Positions 31,860-40,943 are shown, counted from the stretch's first letter. The stretch is DNA of 64,000 nt from Escherichia coli (GCF_013315695.1 NZ_CP054353.1), one strand, 5' to 3'. A program made the numbers and translations. Notes: generated from the letters alone by a model not told the origin.

Positions 31860-31957
31860 CAGCCGAAAGGCACCCGCGCGTAATTTACCGTTTCCTGAGT
31901 AAATTCTCCAAATAAAATTCCACAGTCAAAAGTACAGAAACAAAAACAGGTATGTGA

Positions 31958-32215
31958 TCACATCGCCGGAAGTGGCAGCGACATCTGCGCATCACCACGG
32001 TGTGACGCTGGCAGGCTCTGCCACGGAATATCCGGTGAAGTACCACCGCTGCGCTTTACGGTGAGTTTTTCGAAGCTCTCCAGCGTCGAGAAGGAGAGAC
32101 TGCATTCGGGATTGTTGCACTGGTAGAGCTTCTGCCGGACAGTGCGTGAGTCGTTCGCGGCGCGGCTTGTGCGGGTGCGCGTGCTCGCACCACAAAAAGG
32201 ACACGGAAAAGACAT
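31958..32215 (-). CDS. ogr: Ogr/Delta-type zinc-finger late-gene activator
   Basis: 85-aa ORF with CPFC...C...NPEC zinc-finger spacing, adjacent to gene D as in P2. Confidence 0.75.
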   Translation of the reverse strand: MSFPCPFCGASTRTRTSRAANDSRTVRQKLYQCNNPECSLSFSTLESFEKLTVKRSGGTSPDIPWQSLPASHRGDAQMSLPLPAM

Positions 32216-32267
32216 GACGGAGACCTCCTTTTTTTCATGAAGGTGAATCTCCGTGATTTTATTCCTG

Positions 32268-33383
32268 TTATTCCTGTTGCGCTATCCATTCAGGAATTTT
32301 TAATTCCAGCTCAAGCCGCGTGGTGAAGCCGCTGTCGTCGATGTTGTGCTCCACCTTCGCCAGTACCCAGTCCTCCGCGTCGATGTCACTCTTGAAACCG
32401 GATACCGTGCCGCGCATTTCGGGGTACAGGTCGGGGCGACCGCGTGCCAGCGTGATGGAGAACTCAGCCGCGCCGCGCTGTAGCTGCTGCCATTTTGCCG
32501 CCGCTGCACGGCGTGCGGCCTCCTCGTTTTTGAAGGTTTTACGCATGACGTACACATTGCCGTCTGCGCCCTCCATGTAATCCCCCTCGCGGCTGCTGCT
32601 TTTCTCCTTTTTTGTTTTTTGGGCAGAACCACGTTTTGTCACGCTGACTTTTTTCTTTTTGCCAAAGTCCAGATCCAGCCAGTAAGCGCGCACCCCCGTG
32701 TACGCCTGCCGGTCTGCAATGCGGAAGTGATGGCTGTCACCGCTGCTGCGGGTGATGGCGAATGAGGGCAGCGGCTTTCCGCTGGCGCTCACCCCCTGTC
32801 CGGGCACGATGAAAAGCAGGGCACCGTTTTTGACGGTGGCGATGGCGCCCAGCATGTCCGCCATGCGCGTGAGAAACGAGATGTCACTTTCCTCCGTCTG
32901 GTCGGCGTGGTCGATTTCCACCTCTGCCAGCGAGGCGCTGATTTGTGCCTTCAGTCCGTAGCGGTACGCGATGGCAGAAACAACCTGTCCCACCGTCACG
33001 TCATGCCAGGACACTTCACGCTTCACGTTGAACTCCTGCCGGAAGTCTGCGCTGCTGGCCGTGATGGTGAGCCTATCCGGTGGTCCCTCATGTGTCACCT
33101 CGTCAACGATGAAGGTTCCCTTGTCTGTCAGCGCCTCACCTTTCCAGCCCAGCGCCAGACCCAGCGTCTGTCCGCGCTTCGGGAGTTGCACTCCGCCGTC
33201 GCAGTCGTCAATCGTGAGGGTTAACTGGTCCGCCTCAAATCCCCGGTTGTCGGTCATCGCCAGCGAGATGACCCGTCGGGTCAGCGCCGCGTTTTCCGTG
33301 CCCTTAACCGTGATGGAAAAATCAGGGATCTTCACGCACTCTGACAGACCGTTCAGGTATCCGCTTACGTCCGCAGGGTTCAT
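32268..33383 (-). CDS. Tail protein D (P2 gpD family)
   Basis: Translation from the internal Met (MNPADVSGYLNG...) aligns along its length with my recollection of P2 gpD (LTMTDNRGFEADQL, SGDSHHF, EFSITLARGR motifs). Confidence 0.85.
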   Translation of the reverse strand: MNPADVSGYLNGLSECVKIPDFSITVKGTENAALTRRVISLAMTDNRGFEADQLTLTIDDCDGGVQLPKRGQTLGLALGWKGEALTDKGTFIVDEVTHEGPPDRLTITASSADFRQEFNVKREVSWHDVTVGQVVSAIAYRYGLKAQISASLAEVEIDHADQTEESDISFLTRMADMLGAIATVKNGALLFIVPGQGVSASGKPLPSFAITRSSGDSHHFRIADRQAYTGVRAYWLDLDFGKKKKVSVTKRGSAQKTKKEKSSSREGDYMEGADGNVYVMRKTFKNEEAARRAAAAKWQQLQRGAAEFSITLARGRPDLYPEMRGTVSGFKSDIDAEDWVLAKVEHNIDDSGFTTRLELELKIPEWIAQQE

Positions 33384-33545
33384 CGCAATTTCTCCGTCTG
33401 TGTCTTCGTCCGGCGAAATACTCCCACGCGCACGGAGGCGCTGTAATCCTGCGTATGTTGTCGGAGAACGGTGAGAACAGGCAGCGCGTGAATGCGGGGC
33501 TGTTTTTCGGGAGGATGTCGCCACACAAAACACCAGGAGGTGCTC

Positions 33546-34727
33546 ATGAGTGAAACACGCTTTCACGGTGCACGCGTCAAAGAAAACACCGACCTTGTGA
33601 CCGCGATTAATGACATTGATTCCAGTGTCATCGGTATCGTGGCCACGGCGGACGATGCAGACAGCGACGCGTTCCCGTTAAACAAACCCGTATTGATCAC
33701 CCGCGTGGCGAATGTGCTGGGTAAGGCAGGCACAACAGGCACGCTGTACAAAACGCTCAAGGCGATTTCCGACCAGACCAGCCCGAAGGTTATCGTGGTG
33801 CGTGTGGCTGAAGCCGGAGAGGAAGGTGAGACACAGGATCAGCTTGTCATCGGTGGCTCGCAGGCTGACGGCAGCTACACGGGCATGTATGCCCTGCTGG
33901 TTGCTGAACAGGACGAGAGCATTGGTTACCGCCCGCGCATTCTGGCGGCTCCCGGCCTGGATACCGAAGCAGTCACATCCGCCCTGTGCGTCATTGCGGA
34001 CAAGCTCCGCGCCTTTGTGTACGCCGGATGTAACGGGTGCGACACGATGGCGGAGGCAATCACTTACCGTGCGAAGTTCTCCGCGCGTGAGCTGATGCTG
34101 CTGTGGCCTGACTTCATTGCCTACAACCCGGTGAGCGGAAATAACGAAACATTTCCGGCAGCGGCGTATGCGTGCGGGTTGCGTGCGCGGATTGACAGTG
34201 AACAGGGCTGGCACAAGTCACTGTCCAACGTGGCGCTGAAAAATGTTCTCGGTATGTCGCAGCAGGTGTTCTGGTCGTTGCAGGCCGAAGACAGTGATGC
34301 GAACAACCTGAACAACAAGGAAATCACCACGATTATTCGCCGTAACGGCTTCCGCTTCTGGGGGAACCGTACTGCCGAAACCAGCGACTACATCTTTGAG
34401 GTGTACACGCGCACAGCGCAGATTCTGGCAGATACCATCGCTGAGGCGCAGTTCGAAACCATTGACGAACCGCTGACCCCGGCGAACGTGAAGGACGTGA
34501 TTAGCGCCATCCGCGCAAAACTCAACGCCCTGGTCACCGCCGGGAAACTCATCGGTGCGGAGTGCTGGTATGACGTGCTGGACAACGGCACGACGGATTT
34601 GCGTCAGGGGCGCGTGCGCATCCGCTACAAGTACACGCCAGTGCCGCCGATGGAAGATCTGACGCTGTATCAGACCTTCACGGATGAGTATTTCGACTCC
34701 GCTTTTGCAACGCTGGGAGGTGCGTAA
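33546..34727 (+). CDS. Contractile tail sheath protein (gpFI)
   Basis: From ATG 33546 with AGGAGG RBS; FPLNKPVLIT, GFRFWGNRT and YTPVPPMEDLTL motifs match P2 FI. Confidence 0.9.
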   Translation: MSETRFHGARVKENTDLVTAINDIDSSVIGIVATADDADSDAFPLNKPVLITRVANVLGKAGTTGTLYKTLKAISDQTSPKVIVVRVAEAGEEGETQDQLVIGGSQADGSYTGMYALLVAEQDESIGYRPRILAAPGLDTEAVTSALCVIADKLRAFVYAGCNGCDTMAEAITYRAKFSARELMLLWPDFIAYNPVSGNNETFPAAAYACGLRARIDSEQGWHKSLSNVALKNVLGMSQQVFWSLQAEDSDANNLNNKEITTIIRRNGFRFWGNRTAETSDYIFEVYTRTAQILADTIAEAQFETIDEPLTPANVKDVISAIRAKLNALVTAGKLIGAECWYDVLDNGTTDLRQGRVRIRYKYTPVPPMEDLTLYQTFTDEYFDSAFATLGGA

Positions 34728-35243
34728 ATGGCTGTACCACGTTACGTTCGCCAGTTCACGCTGTTTGTGAACGGCAAAAACAAAATCGGCACGGTGACAG
34801 GCGTCACTCTGCCCAAGCTGACCCGAAAAACCGAAGCCTATCGCGGTGGCGGGATGCTGGGTGCGGTGCATATTGACCTCGGACTGGATGACGGCGCACT
34901 GGATGCCTCGTTCACCACCGGTGGGGTTGAAAAAGAGCTGCTCCAGGAATACGCCACTGACATTAACGAAGTGGCGCTGCGCTTTGTGGGTGAGCTGTTC
35001 ACCGATGGTGAGGAAAGTCAGCTCCTTGAGGTGGAGATGCGCGGACGCATCACGGAAATCGACCGTGGCGAAACCAAACAGGGCGACACCACACAGTACA
35101 CCTTCGCCGTCAAAAACACCTACTACAAGGAGTCGGTGGATGACAGTGATGTGACAGAAATCGACCTGCTGAACTTCATCTACAAAAAAGACGGCCAGAA
35201 CGTCTTTGGTGACCGCGTGAGTTCGGCGCTCGGTCTGAACTGA
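34728..35243 (+). CDS. Tail tube protein (gpFII)
   Basis: 171-aa ORF immediately after FI, P2 FII-like. Confidence 0.9.
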   Translation: MAVPRYVRQFTLFVNGKNKIGTVTGVTLPKLTRKTEAYRGGGMLGAVHIDLGLDDGALDASFTTGGVEKELLQEYATDINEVALRFVGELFTDGEESQLLEVEMRGRITEIDRGETKQGDTTQYTFAVKNTYYKESVDDSDVTEIDLLNFIYKKDGQNVFGDRVSSALGLN

Positions 35244-35289
35244 CAGCATTAACAGGGCGGCACATTGTGCCGCCACAGGAGAAAGAAAA

Positions 35290-35673
35290 ATGGCAGCAAA
35301 GAAAGATGACATCATGAACAGCGAAATCGTCGCAGGTGACACCACCACTGAAAACATCGATGTGGCAGAGGAAAAAACGGGGGTGAAGTTATCCTGCCCG
35401 GTGGTGCGTGGCGAACGCGTTATTGACTACGTGGAGATTGGCGAGGAAATCCGTCAGGCAGGCTCGTTGCGCGGGCTGTCTCTGATTGAGGTGCTGAACC
35501 TCAAAACGGACCCGATGATGACGCTGCTTTCGCGCGTGACCGCACCACGCCTGAAGCTGGCAGAAATCCAGACACTGGACACCGGTGATTTCGTGGCGCT
35601 GGCGACTATGGCTGCGAATTTTTTTGCTCCCACGGAGTCTGCGAAACCGTCCGTGGCGGTGATGGAAGCGTAA
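35290..35673 (+). CDS. Tail assembly chaperone gpE
   Basis: 127-aa ORF between the tube and tape-measure genes; contains a T7G slippery run near its 3' end. Confidence 0.7.
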   Translation: MAAKKDDIMNSEIVAGDTTTENIDVAEEKTGVKLSCPVVRGERVIDYVEIGEEIRQAGSLRGLSLIEVLNLKTDPMMTLLSRVTAPRLKLAEIQTLDTGDFVALATMAANFFAPTESAKPSVAVMEA

Positions 35674-35837
35674 TCACGCTGGCGAAGTTCGACAACGTTG
35701 AAGAACTGGTCGCTGATATAGCAGTCGTGTTTAACTGGTCGCCCGGCGAGATATTCTCAATGCCTCTCGTCGAGGTGATGAGCTGGCGTGAGCGGGCGGC
35801 GCAACGTAGCGGAGTCCGCAACAGTGAAATCCCTTGA
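35290..35837 (+). CDS. gpE+E' fusion produced by programmed -1 frameshift
   Basis: TTTTTTTG at 35619-35626; the -1 frame is open from the slip site to TGA at 35835-35837, overlapping the start of T, as in P2 E/E'. Confidence 0.55.
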
Positions 35838-38800
35838 TATTCGTGTCAGCTTTGGCGCAATTGACCGGCTGACATGCCCGACCGAAAACGCCCGCCGTCA
35901 GGTGGGCGCTCTCACTGAATCCCTTCAGAAGACGCAGAACAACATACAGGCGCTCGACAGACAGTCGAAGGTGTTCGATCGTGCCGCCGGAAATCTCAGT
36001 AAATACCGCGAACAGATTGCCCGCGCGGAGCAGAGGCTCGCCGGGCTGCGAAAGGCAGAGCAGAACGGTAACATCCTCTCCGAAAAGCAGCGCGAAACGC
36101 TGGCGGCACTCTCCGCGCGGCTTGAGCGCCTGAACGAGCTGCGCACGCGCGAGCGCGAAAAACTCCAGGCGGCGGCTGGCGAAATGCGTAAACATGGCAT
36201 TCTGCTTTCCGGCAGCAGCCGCACCATCGAAAGTGCCGTTCGTCGCACGCAGCAGTACAACGAGCAGCTCGAGCGTGAACGGCAGGCTCTGGCTCGCGTG
36301 ACGCAGGCACAGAGCCGCTATGAGGCCGCGAAGGCACAGGCGGAAAAACTGCGCAACACAGGGGCTGTGGCGATGGCGGCGGGTACAGGCGGCCTGTATG
36401 CGGCGCAGCGCATGATGGCTCCGGCGATGGAGTCCGAACAGCACGGTGCGGTCATCGCAGCCGGTTCGGGGGAAGGCGCACAGGATGGCGCACGTTACAC
36501 CCACATCATCCGTAACATACAGGCTGACGGTCTCGCTGATTTTGCCGGTGCTGCGGAGGCCGTGAGTGCGGTACGCAGCACGCTCGGCGCACTGGGCGAC
36601 ACCGGTGACAGGGAGCTTGAGCGCATCAGCCGTCGTGCGCTGGATATGCGGACCGTCTTTGGTGTTGATGTGCCGCAGAGCATTCAGGCCGCTGCCATCA
36701 TGATGAAGAACGGGCTGGCCGCCAGCAGTGACGAGGCTACTAACCTGATGACGGCAGGGATGCAGCGCATGTCCGCTGAAATGCGCGATGAACTGCCGGA
36801 AATTCTGCATGAGTATTCCACCCACTTCCGCAACATGGGCTTCACCGGCAGCGAGACAATGAGTCTGCTGGTTGAGATGGCAAAGCAGGGCAAGTTTGCG
36901 CTGGACAAAACCGGCGATGCCGTGAAGGAGTTCAGTATCCGTGGTTCGGATATGTCGAAATCCAGTGTTTCAGCGTATGAGACACTTGGCCTGAATGCCG
37001 AACGGGTGTCTGCTGCCATTGCTCAGGGGGGCAGTACCGCACGCCAGGCGATGCAGGTGACCGCCCGTGCACTGCTGGCCATCCGTGACCCGGCAGAGCG
37101 GGCGAACACGGCCATTGCGTTATTCGGCACCCCCGTTGAAGACCTTTCCGTTGACCAGATCCCGCAGTTCCTGAGGGCGCTGGCTGATGTTCGTGACAAT
37201 CTGGGCGATGTCACCGGTGTGGCAGACCGCATGGGGCAGACGCTGCGCGGTAATCTCTCCGGCGATATTCAGGCGCTGAGTGGTGCGTTCTCAGGGCTAC
37301 GCACGGACATCTTCGGTACTGTGACCGAGGATTTGCGCGGGCTGGTTCAGACGGTGAGCGCGTGGGTGACCCGGATGCGCGAATGGGTCGGAGAGCATCA
37401 GGCGCTGGTCAGGGTGCTGGTACTGGCGGGCGGGAGTGTTCTGGCGCTGTCTTCTACGTTCGGTGCGCTGTCACTGACGCTCGGGCTGATTGCGGGGCCG
37501 CTGGCAAAACTGCAACTGGGACTGGGGCTGCTGACGGGGGGCGGCGGCATTGGTGGTGCTGTCCGGCTTGTGTCTGCGATGGCGCTGCGCCTGACGGGGC
37601 TGCCTGCGCTGTGGGGGCTGGTCACGGGGGCGGTGTCGGTACTGGGTGGTGCAGTGGGGGCGCTGTTCAGCCCGGTCGGGCTGATTGTTGCCGCCCTGGT
37701 GGGCGGCGCGGTTCTGGTGTGGAAATACTGGGATCAGATCAGTGCGTTTTTTTCCGGCTTTTTTGCCGGAGTGTGGGAGGCGCTGCAACCGCTGCGGGAA
37801 GCCTTTGCGTCGCTGGCTCCGGTGTTCGGGCTGATTGGCGATGGCATCAAAGCCGTGTGGGAATGGTTCACCCGCCTGCTTGAACCTGCAAACGCCTCAA
37901 AAGAGACACTCGACAAATGCACCAGCGCCGGGGAGTCGTTCGGGAAAACGCTGGGGTGGGTCATTCAGAACATTGTGCTGGGGCCGCTGACACTGCTTCT
38001 TGATGGCCTCGGCACAGTGCTGAAGTGGCTGGGTGTTATCCCGGATGGCATCAGGGAAGCGCAGAAGGAGACGCAAAAACTCCAGGAGAGCGCCGCAAAA
38101 CAGGCCACACAAAAAGCGCCGGTTGCGTGGGAGTGGGATCCTGCACAGAAAAAAATGGTGCAGAAAACATGGTCGTGGTCATCAGATGCAGCGGAAAACA
38201 ACGGTGACAATAAACCCGCAATACCTGCCCCTGCGGTTCCCGGAGAGGTGAAGGGAACGTCAGACAATCCGGTCGGCAAACCCGGTAGTAAATCCCCGCT
38301 GGATGAGGCATGGTTCCGGCAGGGGATACAGAAAACCGCCAGCAACACCGGCGGGCTGCTTGAGGAAACCAAAAAACGTACTGGTCCCGGCGATATTGTT
38401 TTCAAAAACCTGCCCGGACCCGAAATCATTCACGGCGAGTGGAAAGCACCGCAGGTTATCCGGACAGTGCAGGCGGTATCGGCGGGCGGAGGACTGGCGG
38501 ATGCGCTGACAACGCTCTGGCAGAAACTCACCGGAAGACAGACTGCTTCACCCGTTCCGGTCGTGAATATTCCTGCGCCAGTGGAGAGAGTGGCACGTCA
38601 GGTATCCACGCTGCCACAGCCGCAGCACAACGAGGCAAATACAGAACTGGTTGCCGGTATTCAGCGCGTGCATGAGGCTGTGAACAGTCCGGGGGGAGAG
38701 ACGGTATCGCCTCCACCTGTGGTGAACGTTCTGATGCCAGCAGTGAATGTTCCTGCGCCAGTGGTGAGTGTGGCGCGTCAGGTATCCACGCTGCCGCAGC

Positions 38801-39288
38801 ACAACGAGGCAAATACAGAACTGGTTGCCGGTATTCAGCGTGTGCATGAGGCGGTGAACAGTCCGGGTGGAGAGACGGTATCGCCTCCACCTGTGGTGAA
38901 CGTTCTGATGCCAGCAGTGAATGTTCCTGCGCCAGTGGTGAGCGTGGCCCGTCAGGTATCCACGCTGCCGCAGCACAACGAGGCAAATACAGAGCTGGCT
39001 GCCGGTATTCAGCGCGTGCGTGAGGCTGTGAACAGTCCGGGTGGAGATGTGGCTTTATCTGTTCCTGTTGCGGAGGTTATCCGTCCACCGCTGCGACCGG
39101 AGTCCGTCAAAAAAGAAACCGCGCCACAAACGCAGGCTGCGGTATTTTCCGGTGAGATACACGTGCATCTGCACAACGTCAACACGCAGAATCCGCGTGA
39201 ACTGGCAAAACTGGTTGGCGAGGCTGTCCGCGAAGAGATGCGCAGACAGGTGCGTACAGGCATGAACAGCTTCCGTGACAGGGACTAA
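35788..39288 (+). CDS. Tail tape measure protein (gpT)
   Basis: 1166-aa ORF with a coiled-coil N-terminal half, Gly-rich TM segments and C-terminal tandem repeats; the track start at 35788 is a GTG and the true start is uncertain. Confidence 0.85.
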   Translation: MSGRRNVAESATVKSLDIRVSFGAIDRLTCPTENARRQVGALTESLQKTQNNIQALDRQSKVFDRAAGNLSKYREQIARAEQRLAGLRKAEQNGNILSEKQRETLAALSARLERLNELRTREREKLQAAAGEMRKHGILLSGSSRTIESAVRRTQQYNEQLERERQALARVTQAQSRYEAAKAQAEKLRNTGAVAMAAGTGGLYAAQRMMAPAMESEQHGAVIAAGSGEGAQDGARYTHIIRNIQADGLADFAGAAEAVSAVRSTLGALGDTGDRELERISRRALDMRTVFGVDVPQSIQAAAIMMKNGLAASSDEATNLMTAGMQRMSAEMRDELPEILHEYSTHFRNMGFTGSETMSLLVEMAKQGKFALDKTGDAVKEFSIRGSDMSKSSVSAYETLGLNAERVSAAIAQGGSTARQAMQVTARALLAIRDPAERANTAIALFGTPVEDLSVDQIPQFLRALADVRDNLGDVTGVADRMGQTLRGNLSGDIQALSGAFSGLRTDIFGTVTEDLRGLVQTVSAWVTRMREWVGEHQALVRVLVLAGGSVLALSSTFGALSLTLGLIAGPLAKLQLGLGLLTGGGGIGGAVRLVSAMALRLTGLPALWGLVTGAVSVLGGAVGALFSPVGLIVAALVGGAVLVWKYWDQISAFFSGFFAGVWEALQPLREAFASLAPVFGLIGDGIKAVWEWFTRLLEPANASKETLDKCTSAGESFGKTLGWVIQNIVLGPLTLLLDGLGTVLKWLGVIPDGIREAQKETQKLQESAAKQATQKAPVAWEWDPAQKKMVQKTWSWSSDAAENNGDNKPAIPAPAVPGEVKGTSDNPVGKPGSKSPLDEAWFRQGIQKTASNTGGLLEETKKRTGPGDIVFKNLPGPEIIHGEWKAPQVIRTVQAVSAGGGLADALTTLWQKLTGRQTASPVPVVNIPAPVERVARQVSTLPQPQHNEANTELVAGIQRVHEAVNSPGGETVSPPPVVNVLMPAVNVPAPVVSVARQVSTLPQHNEANTELVAGIQRVHEAVNSPGGETVSPPPVVNVLMPAVNVPAPVVSVARQVSTLPQHNEANTELAAGIQRVREAVNSPGGDVALSVPVAEVIRPPLRPESVKKETAPQTQAAVFSGEIHVHLHNVNTQNPRELAKLVGEAVREEMRRQVRTGMNSFRDRD
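38555..39052 (+). repeat. Tandem repeats of 180/174 nt inside the tape-measure gene (about 2.8 copies)
   Basis: gtgaat(a/g)ttcctgcgccagtgg... recurs at 38563, 38743 and 38917; encoded peptide PAPVxxVARQVSTLPQ...HNEANTELVAGIQRVHEAVNSPGGETVSPPPVVNVLMPAVNV repeats in frame. Confidence 0.7.
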
Positions 39289-39760
39289 AGGAGACGCAAT
39301 TATGATGATGATTTTTGGCATGTTTGTGTTTGAACTGAAAACGCTGCCGCATCAACAGATTCAACAAAACAAAACGTGGCGGCATGTGAAAAATGAGCGA
39401 ATCAACCGTTCTGCGGCCTGGCAGTATATTGGCGCAGGTGACGACCAGATCACGCTGTCCGGTCTGCTGTACCCGGAAATTACCGGCGGTGAGGTGTCGC
39501 TGACACTGCTGAACACCCAGGCCTACACCGGATGTCCCTGGCCGCTGATTGATGGTACGGGGCAGATTTACGGAATGTACGTGATTACGGGATTACAGAC
39601 CACCCGCTCCGAACTGGATCGCTACGGGAAGGCAAAAAAGATTGAGTTCTCCATCAGCTTTCAGCGGTGTGATGAGGATATGCGGGAGAGGCTTCAGTCT
39701 GCTTCTGCAGGTGATTTACTGAACACGCTTAAAGACAAAATGGCGATAGCGGCATTCTGA
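39275..39760 (+). CDS. Tail protein U (gpU family)
   Basis: 161-aa ORF following T with an MMMIFGMFVFELKT segment; the actual start may be the internal ATG at 39302. Confidence 0.8.
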   Translation: MTGTKGDAIMMMIFGMFVFELKTLPHQQIQQNKTWRHVKNERINRSAAWQYIGAGDDQITLSGLLYPEITGGEVSLTLLNTQAYTGCPWPLIDGTGQIYGMYVITGLQTTRSELDRYGKAKKIEFSISFQRCDEDMRERLQSASAGDLLNTLKDKMAIAAF

Positions 39761-39770
39761 ATAAAAAAAG

Positions 39771-39795
39771 AGGGAGTGTAAAAAGCACTCCCTTA
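39771..39795 (-). terminator. Intrinsic terminator, minus-strand orientation, abutting the U stop codon
   Basis: Reverse complement reads gggagtg-cttttta-cactccc followed by tctttttttat. Confidence 0.45.
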
Positions 39796-40140
39796 TTGCC
39801 TTCATGGAAAAGAAGCAAATGTTGTCAATACATTCTGACTATATATAAATCGCCCGATGAAGGCAATGGTGATGTTCGGGAAATAAAAAAGCCCTCACAA
39901 AGAGGGCGGCATGCATTGTGTGAAGATTTAATTTTTCTGCTTGCAGGGGGATTATATTGAACGGTATTCATTCAATGCAATATTTTTAATTGTCATTATC
40001 ATTAATGAAAATGTTTCTTGTGTTTTTGTTGCTCTGATTACAATCCCGTTTATTACTGTGTCTTTGCGGCAAAAAAAAAGCCCGCACGGGGCGGGCAAAG
40101 AATGTTTGCATGTGTAGAACAGTGCGGGATTATAAATATA

Positions 40141-40560
40141 TTATGCGTTCTGAAAAGTCCCCTTTGATGGAGATTCAGGCCATACCAGCGCATTATAACA
40201 ATCTTTATTCATCACGGAAGTGAACGTCAACTGCTGAAGTTCCCTAATATATTCAATCCACGTAGCCAACCTTCCCTTGTCTGCATTGCTGATGGTGCCG
40301 GGCAATAACTCAGATTGCCAGATTCTGATCCTCTCTTTTGCCTCCGGCAGCAGGGGATTTCGTTGTCATTCTGCTTTAGCCTGCCACTTTTCAGGTGGCA
40401 GCACATGACGAACAATATTTTCATCATCAAATATCCAGTTACCTGAGTCATCAGCACGTTGGTTAGCGTTAATATCAGAAGTATTAACAACACTAAAACC
40501 GACATGATTAAGTGTTGATGCCTCTCTGGTAATGGTGACAATAATATTATTTCGTTGTAA
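40141..40560 (-). pseudogene. Degenerate ORF of unknown family with an in-frame TGA and no start codon
   Basis: Minus-strand frame reads ...NWIFDDENIVRHVLPPEKWQAKAE*QRNPLLPEAKERIRIWQSELLPGTISNADKGRLATWIEYIRELQQLTFTSVMNKDCYNALVWPESPSKGTFQNA*, protein-like on both sides of the internal stop. Confidence 0.4.
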
Positions 40561-40770
40561 ATCATTTTGATTTTATCTGGTCGAAAGGTCCCTGCTTCGT
40601 TATGTCAGTTTTATCGCCTTCAGAGGAAACCAGATTACTTTGTGCTTCTTTTTCTAACACATACAGTCCCGGAGTTAATATTGCCTGTTTTATGTTCTTG
40701 AGTGCATCATATTAATCTCTTACATATTGTATCTGGTGAAATTTATAATTTTCTGAAGCTGCCTGAAAGA

Positions 40771-40870
40771 ATTGAGTTTCCTGCAGGCTTTCAATGGTGT
40801 GATGAGGATATGTGGGAGAAACTCCAGTCTGCTCCTGCAGGGGGGGCTTACTGAACACTATCAAAGACAA
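40771..40870 (+). repeat. Diverged direct copy of the 3' end of gene U
   Basis: attgagtttcctgcaggctttcaatggtgtgatgaggatatgtgggagaaactccagtctgctcctgcag...ctgaacac...aaagacaa parallels U 39641-39740 at about 80 percent identity. Confidence 0.6.
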
Positions 40871-40903
40871 ATCTTCGTCGTTGATCGCATTCCCTTAACC
40901 TGA

Positions 40904-40938
40904 CGCCACCACCCCACACAGATGACGGGGTGGTGGCG
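40904..40938. terminator. Perfect 12-bp inverted repeat hairpin between convergent tail operons
   Basis: cgccaccacccc ... ggggtggtggcg, located between the rightward FI-U unit and the leftward H unit. Confidence 0.5.
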
Positions 40939-40943
40939 TGATT

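Noticed and set aside
36495-38430. Numerous 60-160-aa ORFs on both strands within the tape-measure gene, rich in Arg, Pro and Ala
   Set aside because: High-GC coding sequence produces long antisense and off-frame ORFs; all are nested within a strongly supported tape-measure ORF.
38528-38986. Two overlapping minus-strand ORFs (152 and 142 aa) with internally repeated protein sequence inside the tape-measure gene
   Set aside because: They are antisense read-through of the 180-bp tandem repeats in gene T; the repetition comes from the repeat, not from a real gene.
40227-40565. 112-aa ORF from the track in the post-U cargo
   Set aside because: The adjacent frame gives a far more protein-like translation, so this frame is probably spurious; the locus is called as a decayed gene instead.
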